This document shows, piece after piece, positions 41,448 through 45,293 of a DNA stretch of 45,293 nucleotides. This DNA comes from a virus. The stretch lies in the IMG/VR virus record IMGVR_UViG_3300045988_084795; one strand, given 5' to 3'. The first letter of the stretch is position 1. Each line of letters opens with the position of its first letter. The notes under the pieces are model-generated. The model was not told where the DNA came from. It searched no databases and was given only the letters and a program-made list of their open reading frames with translations. Both the position numbers and the translations under genes were made by a program.

Positions 41448-41659
41448 TTTCTTCCCCTCCTGTTCCTGTTTAAAGCATTCCGTTTCATAAATTTTTCTTT
41501 TGATAACGACTTATAATAAGGATTTTTCCTTTTTATAACGTTCTTCTCTTCCTTACAATCGTCTTGAAACTGTTTATAGCCGTCACATAGGGTATGTCAA
41601 TTATAAGTTCTTCCTGTGGCTTCTGTGCACCCATAGCACGGATTATCTTTCCCTCTCAT
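41444..41659 (-). pseudogene. 72-codon frame interrupted by one in-frame TGA (41599..41597): a pseudogene or a read-through gene
   Basis: ATG at 41659 with a G-rich RBS. After the TGA the frame stays open for 50 codons, with no start codon for the first 37 of them, and ends in an ATGA overlap with the next gene. Confidence 0.35.
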
Positions 41660-41675
41660 AATAACGCCCCCCACT

Positions 41676-42080
41676 TTATACATCTTCTGGACTTCTGTTA
41701 TTTGCTTTGATAACGTCAAATCCATCTGGATAACGTTTCTCTAATTTTTCAATGTTCATTTGCATAATTTCATCCAACGACCAATTAAATGATTCACAAA
41801 TCATAGCAACATACCACATTACATCCCCAAGTTCTTTTTTTGCGTGTTCCTCGTCAAAACTACTTTCATGGAATATCCATTTTTTAACCATGTCAGTAAG
41901 TTCTCCAACTTCTCCAGATAATCCGAATAAGCCGTTAATAATTCCACCCAAGTCAATCCCTGCGTCTGGTACGTTGTCCTCTACTCCCTGTTCTAAATTA
42001 TCAGCAATATTCATTATTCTTTCTATTCCTAATCCGTCATTAGTTCGCATTGCCTTTACTTGATATTCTTTACCGTTCAT
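41676..42080 (-). CDS. MazG-like nucleotide pyrophosphohydrolase
   Basis: GLSGEVGELTDMVKK...KELGDVMWYVAMICE...NIEKLEKRYPDGF matches the MazG EExxE/D helix pattern. Confidence 0.8.
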   Translation of the reverse strand: MNGKEYQVKAMRTNDGLGIERIMNIADNLEQGVEDNVPDAGIDLGGIINGLFGLSGEVGELTDMVKKWIFHESSFDEEHAKKELGDVMWYVAMICESFNWSLDEIMQMNIEKLEKRYPDGFDVIKANNRSPEDV

Positions 42081-42093
42081 TTATAACGCTCCT

Positions 42094-42306
42094 TTATAAT
42101 TCGATAACCCTTTGTCCTCTGTCGTACTGACTGAGTATTTTTTCCAGTGTCTCTCCTGCTTTTGCTCTTGTTGTACATTTTTTAATAGTATATAGATGAT
42201 CTAGTGTTTCTCCTATAACTTCGTATCCGTCAAATACTTTTTTGACATAGATTCTAATAACCTGTTGTGTATTTATAGCCATTGTCTCACTAATTCTTAT
42301 TAACAC
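42094..42306 (-). CDS. Hypothetical protein
   Basis: 70-aa co-oriented ORF. Confidence 0.45.
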   Translation of the reverse strand: MLIRISETMAINTQQVIRIYVKKVFDGYEVIGETLDHLYTIKKCTTRAKAGETLEKILSQYDRGQRVIEL

Positions 42307-42592
42307 TTAAGTCCTCACTTTCTCCCCAGTCTAACCGATTCCCACACTCACAAACTTCTGTCCATTCTGCTACATAACTTTTACATTTAGGACATCTGTA
42401 TAACGCCACGTCTTTTCCTTTAAGGCTTTTGTGTCGTTCTCTTATCGGCAAACTGTGTAATATTTCTCCCATATGCTTATAATCTTCTAACGTCATTGTG
42501 ATCGTATCTCTTGCTTTAGCGGACTGGCAGAAGCCACTGCCCACCAGTCCTAAGAAAACACCTATGATAACAAGTAAGATTTTTAGTATCAT
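42290..42592 (-). CDS. Membrane-anchored protein with a C-terminal zinc ribbon
   Basis: N-terminal TM segment ILKILLVIIGVFLGLVGSGF. Zinc ribbon CPKCKSY...CECGN. Confidence 0.5.
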   Translation of the reverse strand: MILKILLVIIGVFLGLVGSGFCQSAKARDTITMTLEDYKHMGEILHSLPIRERHKSLKGKDVALYRCPKCKSYVAEWTEVCECGNRLDWGESEDLSVNKN

Positions 42593-42954
42593 TCTTTCAG
42601 CTCCTCTTCTTCTAACATCTTTTTATAGTTTTCCTCTACCTCTTTATTAGTAGCTACTCCATAGGCAATTTTGTTCGTTATACAAGGTTCTTGATTTTTA
42701 AAAATACAAACAGGGCATACTCTTTTACGGCAATAATCATCTAAATCTTTTTCCTGTTTTCTTCTTTTTGGATTCATGTCACAGGTCATTGTTGCAATAA
42801 CTATCCCTGTCTTTGTATCTGTCACTACCATTTTTGCTTTTTCAGAACGATAATAAGTATTTGATTCTAACGCTCCGACATCCATCTTGTTTTCATTGAT
42901 TGTCTTTTCTATGCTTTCTAAAAAACACTGTGCTACCTGCTCCGCTATTGTCAT
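42589..42954 (-). CDS. Hypothetical protein with a CxxC...C motif
   Basis: ATG at 42954 with RBS AAAGGAG. Confidence 0.45.
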   Translation of the reverse strand: MTIAEQVAQCFLESIEKTINENKMDVGALESNTYYRSEKAKMVVTDTKTGIVIATMTCDMNPKRRKQEKDLDDYCRKRVCPVCIFKNQEPCITNKIAYGVATNKEVEENYKKMLEEEELKE

Positions 42955-43222
42955 AGTCGTTCTCCTTTTCAATCTCCCATTTACCGTAGTAACCTTTTGT
43001 CATTTCCTTTAACTGTGTCAGTACCATGATTAAATTTTCAAGTTCGCAGGTATCCGTAAAATTTATTATCACTTCACTGCCTGTTTCTTCTTCCATGGCA
43101 ACTGTTCCACCAACAGTTCTCCTAAAATTTAATGTTACGTGCAAACTATTGTGTTTTTCTGTTCTCATGCTTGTCCTGATACAGTCCACATTTTTATCAG
43201 CTCGATTTGAATATATTTTCAT
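42893..43222 (-). CDS. Hypothetical protein
   Basis: 109-aa ORF. Its 3' end overlaps the next gene by about 60 nt. Confidence 0.4.
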   Translation of the reverse strand: MKIYSNRADKNVDCIRTSMRTEKHNSLHVTLNFRRTVGGTVAMEEETGSEVIINFTDTCELENLIMVLTQLKEMTKGYYGKWEIEKENDYDNSGAGSTVFFRKHRKDNQ

Positions 43223-43446
43223 TCTCCCACCTCTAAATCTTTCGCAAGCTTGAATCCTGTTCTACCAACGTTTCTAAGATTCTCTTTAATCAGTGCCTTT
43301 TTCGGTGTCCTGTTTCTGTCGTACCAGTTCCAGTCGTTGTCCTCTCTTGCTTTTTTCTTTGTTTCATAACTTTTCTCATACTGATATTCTTCTTTTGCCA
43401 TCTCTAGGCAAGCAATCATGTAATCTATTTGTTTGATAACGTCCAT
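43219..43446 (-). CDS. Hypothetical protein
   Basis: 75-aa ORF with RBS AAAGGAGAT. Confidence 0.45.
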   Translation of the reverse strand: MDVIKQIDYMIACLEMAKEEYQYEKSYETKKKAREDNDWNWYDRNRTPKKALIKENLRNVGRTGFKLAKDLEVGE

Positions 43447-43447
43447 G

Positions 43448-43615
43448 TCAATCTCCTTTCGCTCTTAACATACAAAACAACAGTTCTACTATGCTTTTTC
43501 TTCTTAACCCTGTTCTGCAATTAGCAATTGTCTTTAAATACCATTTATTAACATCACTGTCTACTGTTATTTCTCCATCATAAAATCCATCTTTTGCACC
43601 TCTGACAGCTACCAT
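43448..43615 (-). CDS. Small ORF (55 aa)
   Basis: The ATG overlaps the upstream TAA (TAATG). It ends 1 nt before the next start. Confidence 0.3.
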   Translation of the reverse strand: MVAVRGAKDGFYDGEITVDSDVNKWYLKTIANCRTGLRRKSIVELLFCMLRAKGD

Positions 43616-43995
43616 TATTCCAAAATTTGTAGATGAATCTGGATATGCTCTTGTATGTATTTCTTTAACTTCCCAGACCTAATATCTGTCAATAACTCTT
43701 TGCCGCACTCTAACGTTGTAACAATATAGTTTTTCTCTCCTAAAAAATTAAGTCCGTTTCCGCTGTAAACATCTTCTTTGCAACTTTTAATTTCATAACA
43801 AACGAAAATGCCTTTTTCTAAAGCTGATACACTACACTGTCCATCTGGTACAAATTGCATAAAGTCAACTCTTTTTGCTTTACCTGTGCCGTAATCTGCA
43901 GTGACTTCTCGTGCATAGTGCTTTCCGATTCCTATTAGCTTCTCTTTACAAAGAAGCTTGCTTAAGAAATCTGTTGTTGTTTTTCTTGAAATCAT
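43615..43995 (-). CDS. MmcB-like PD-(D/E)xK nuclease-fold protein (tentative)
   Basis: KRVDFMQF...IFVCYEIKSCKEDV matches the D...E-x-K core of MmcB/DUF1052-type proteins. Confidence 0.45.
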   Translation of the reverse strand: MISRKTTTDFLSKLLCKEKLIGIGKHYAREVTADYGTGKAKRVDFMQFVPDGQCSVSALEKGIFVCYEIKSCKEDVYSGNGLNFLGEKNYIVTTLECGKELLTDIRSGKLKKYIQEHIQIHLQILE

Positions 43996-44192
43996 ATTCT
44001 TTCTCCTTTACAAATATCTAAACCATCTAATGTAATTGACATATAATGTAAATATTTCATTCTATAAATCACATAAAACTTAAAACAATCTGTTAATACC
44101 TCAATGTGGCAAATTATAATGTCTGATTCTTCGCACTGATGAATAAGTGCAAGTTCAAGTTTGATGCGTTTTTCTAGTTCTTCGTCTGGCAT
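43992..44192 (-). CDS. Hypothetical protein
   Basis: 66-aa ORF with a coupled stop/start. Confidence 0.45.
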   Translation of the reverse strand: MPDEELEKRIKLELALIHQCEESDIIICHIEVLTDCFKFYVIYRMKYLHYMSITLDGLDICKGERI

Positions 44193-44216
44193 AATAAACT
44201 CCTTTATTTAGCCCTG

Positions 44217-44615
44217 TTAGTCATTCCACATATTTAATAAGCCGTCAATGTCTCTTTCTAATTCGAAATAATCATCTTCGATTTTGCTTCTTAAAATTTC
44301 ATATAAAGCATTTATGCTTGTTAAACACAACATATTTTCTTGATATATTACATAATTTGGTGTTATTCCATCATCTTTGTATAGGCACTCAAATGCGATA
44401 ACGTATATTTCATCTATCTCATTTATATCTATACATTCTTTCGATTCCTCTTTGCCGCTATATACTTTTCTAAAAATCTTTTCATAAAATCTTACTAAGA
44501 TTGCTGCTACCTCTTCGTCGTTTATACAATTATCGCTGATTCTTTCTGGATGGCTCATAATTGTATAAATAGCTGCCTTTTTGCATACGTCCTTGAATTG
44601 TGTCTTTGTAATCAC
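44217..44615 (-). CDS. Hypothetical acidic early protein, paralogue of 4101..4511
   Basis: Shared sequence blocks with the 4101..4511 product. First gene after the long leader hairpin. Confidence 0.55.
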   Translation of the reverse strand: MITKTQFKDVCKKAAIYTIMSHPERISDNCINDEEVAAILVRFYEKIFRKVYSGKEESKECIDINEIDEIYVIAFECLYKDDGITPNYVIYQENMLCLTSINALYEILRSKIEDDYFELERDIDGLLNMWND

Positions 44616-44765
44616 GTTCCCACTCCTTTACTGTCCATTCTCTCCCCTGCCGTTAATAGCAGGGGAAATCATGACTTATACAATAGCTGTATTGTACTTA
44701 TGCGTTGCGAGGATTCTTTTATTTAGTTGTCGTGTGGTATATAAAAATCCTGCTATGCAACAAGC

Positions 44766-44870
44766 CTTTTCTGGCTTGACTCTCTGCCCAATAAGATGAA
44801 AAATGAAAAAATTTGAAAATACAAAAACATTATTTATAGTTTCGTTAGGCAGAGAATCAAACCAGAAAAG
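44766..44870 (-). promoter_or_regulatory. Long imperfect inverted repeat (23-bp arms, 59-nt A/T-rich loop) in the intergenic leader
   Basis: CTTTTCTGGCTTGACTCTCTGCC (44766..44788) pairs with GGCAGAGAATCAAACCAGAAAAG (44848..44870). The two mismatches are C-A on the plus strand but G-U on the minus-strand RNA. Confidence 0.5.
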
Positions 44871-44884
44871 ATGCTATTTAGTTA

Positions 44885-45293
44885 CTAAACTTCTGTAAAT
44901 TCTCCATCAATTAATTTGTACATCGTGTCTTCTTTGATTCTCTCTCCGTCCACATACTCTGTCTTTACACACTTAGGAACATATCTATCTTTCTCATATT
45001 TCCATTCCGCAAGAGTAATCCAACTTCCTTTTTTAGCACTTACGCAACTATCATCCCCTGCACAACAAATAATGCTGTCGTATCCTGTGCTTTTAATCTT
45101 TGCGGAGTACCCAGAGCTACCAATCTGTGCGTAGTTCCCAGAGCTACCAATCTTTGCGTAGTCCCCAGAGCTACCAATCTTTGCGTAGTTCCCAGAGCTA
45201 CCAATCTGTGCGGAGTCCCCAGAGCTACCAATCTTTGCGGAGTCCCCAGAGCTACCAATCTGTGCGGAGTCCCCAGAGCTACCAATCTTTGCG
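44885..45293 (-). CDS. 3' part of the wrap-around repeat protein (repeats plus the C-terminal domain ...CCAGDDSCVSAKKGSWITLAEWKYEKDRYVPKCVKTEYVDGERIKEDTMYKLIDGEFTEV)
   Basis: Translated by hand. No stops from 45292 down to the TAG at 44887..44885. The frame matches the 5' part across the junction. Confidence 0.75.
   Translation of the reverse strand, partial: AKIGSSGDSAQIGSSGDSAKIGSSGDSAQIGSSGNYAKIGSSGDYAKIGSSGNYAQIGSSGYSAKIKSTGYDSIICCAGDDSCVSAKKGSWITLAEWKYEKDRYVPKCVKTEYVDGERIKEDTMYKLIDGEFTEV
45097..45293. repeat. 27-nt tandem repeat array (about 7.3 units in this part; about 9 units once circularised)
   Basis: Units differ mainly at the K/Q codon and the D/N-S/Y codons. Read directly from the sequence. 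Confidence 0.9.

Larger units (their letters stand above)
1..45293. mobile_element. Complete, circularly closed temperate tailed-phage genome (siphovirus-like), unique length about 45,257 bp
   Basis: nt 45258..45293 are identical to nt 1..36. A minus-strand ORF stays in frame across that junction. All lysogeny, replication, packaging, head, tail and lysis modules are present. An attP-like site lies between int and the lysin, which fits the excised/circular form rather than a prophage. Confidence 0.8.

Noticed and set aside
41597-41599. Genome-wide stop-codon reassignment (TGA as a sense codon) as the explanation for the interrupted ORF.
   Set aside because: ORFs of 1455 and 1427 aa, and all the structural genes, are intact under the standard code. 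Several genes terminate with TGA in ATGA overlaps, so only this one site is anomalous.
45040-45285. Track ORF translating the tandem repeat as LVALGTP(H/Q)R x 8.
   Set aside because: This is an alternative frame of the 27-nt repeat. The AKIGSSGDS frame connects without stops to a convincing N-terminal domain with RBS (416..1) and to a C-terminal domain ending at 44885. The LVALGTP frame has no such context.

Overview
The window looks like a complete, circularly closed genome (about 45.26 kb unique) of a temperate siphovirus-like phage. The host is probably a low-GC Gram-positive bacterium, likely Clostridia-like, judging from AT-rich codons, GGAGG ribosome-binding sites and the gene families present. 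The last 36 nt repeat the first 36 nt, and a minus-strand gene with 27-nt tandem repeats reads in frame across that junction.

Almost all genes lie on the minus strand. In transcription order they are:
- Early small genes, 44615 down to 37288. These include a MazG-like pyrophosphatase, an MmcB-like nuclease, a zinc-ribbon repeat protein, and a plus-strand islet with a J-domain protein.
- Packaging and early head genes: TerS, TerL, portal and minor head protein.
- A 4.6-kb cargo island with its own tRNA(CAU) unit and six unusual proteins.
- Scaffold, major capsid, head-tail joining proteins, major tail protein, chaperones and a 1427-aa tape measure.
- A 1455-aa collagen-repeat tail tip protein, a tail fibre, holin and CHAP endolysin.
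- The attP region, which carries a 3' fragment of tRNA-Lys(UUU).
- The plus-strand lysogeny block: integrase, a secreted Ig-like moron, ImmA/IrrE protease and a CI-like repressor.
- Cro and the replication/recombination genes: ERF, a NinB-like protein, RusA and a replisome organiser.

The most interesting observation is the tail-fibre locus. A perfect 24-bp inverted repeat plus a third 14-bp copy sit exactly at the constant/variable junction of the fibre gene. They flank two start-less alternative C-terminal cassettes on the opposite strand. This looks like a three-cassette, shufflon-like host-range switch, yet no invertase is encoded in the genome.

Other notable points:
- Phased GGAACA iteron arrays are embedded both in the replication gene and in the 3' end of the integrase gene next to attP.
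- A duplicated consensus promoter plus leader forms an inverted repeat around an XRE regulator.
- The immunity switch uses face-to-face consensus promoters.
- An 11-bp tandem repeat array lies upstream of the moron.
- One early ORF is interrupted by an in-frame TGA.

All functional calls come from motif recognition by eye and gene order. No database search was possible.
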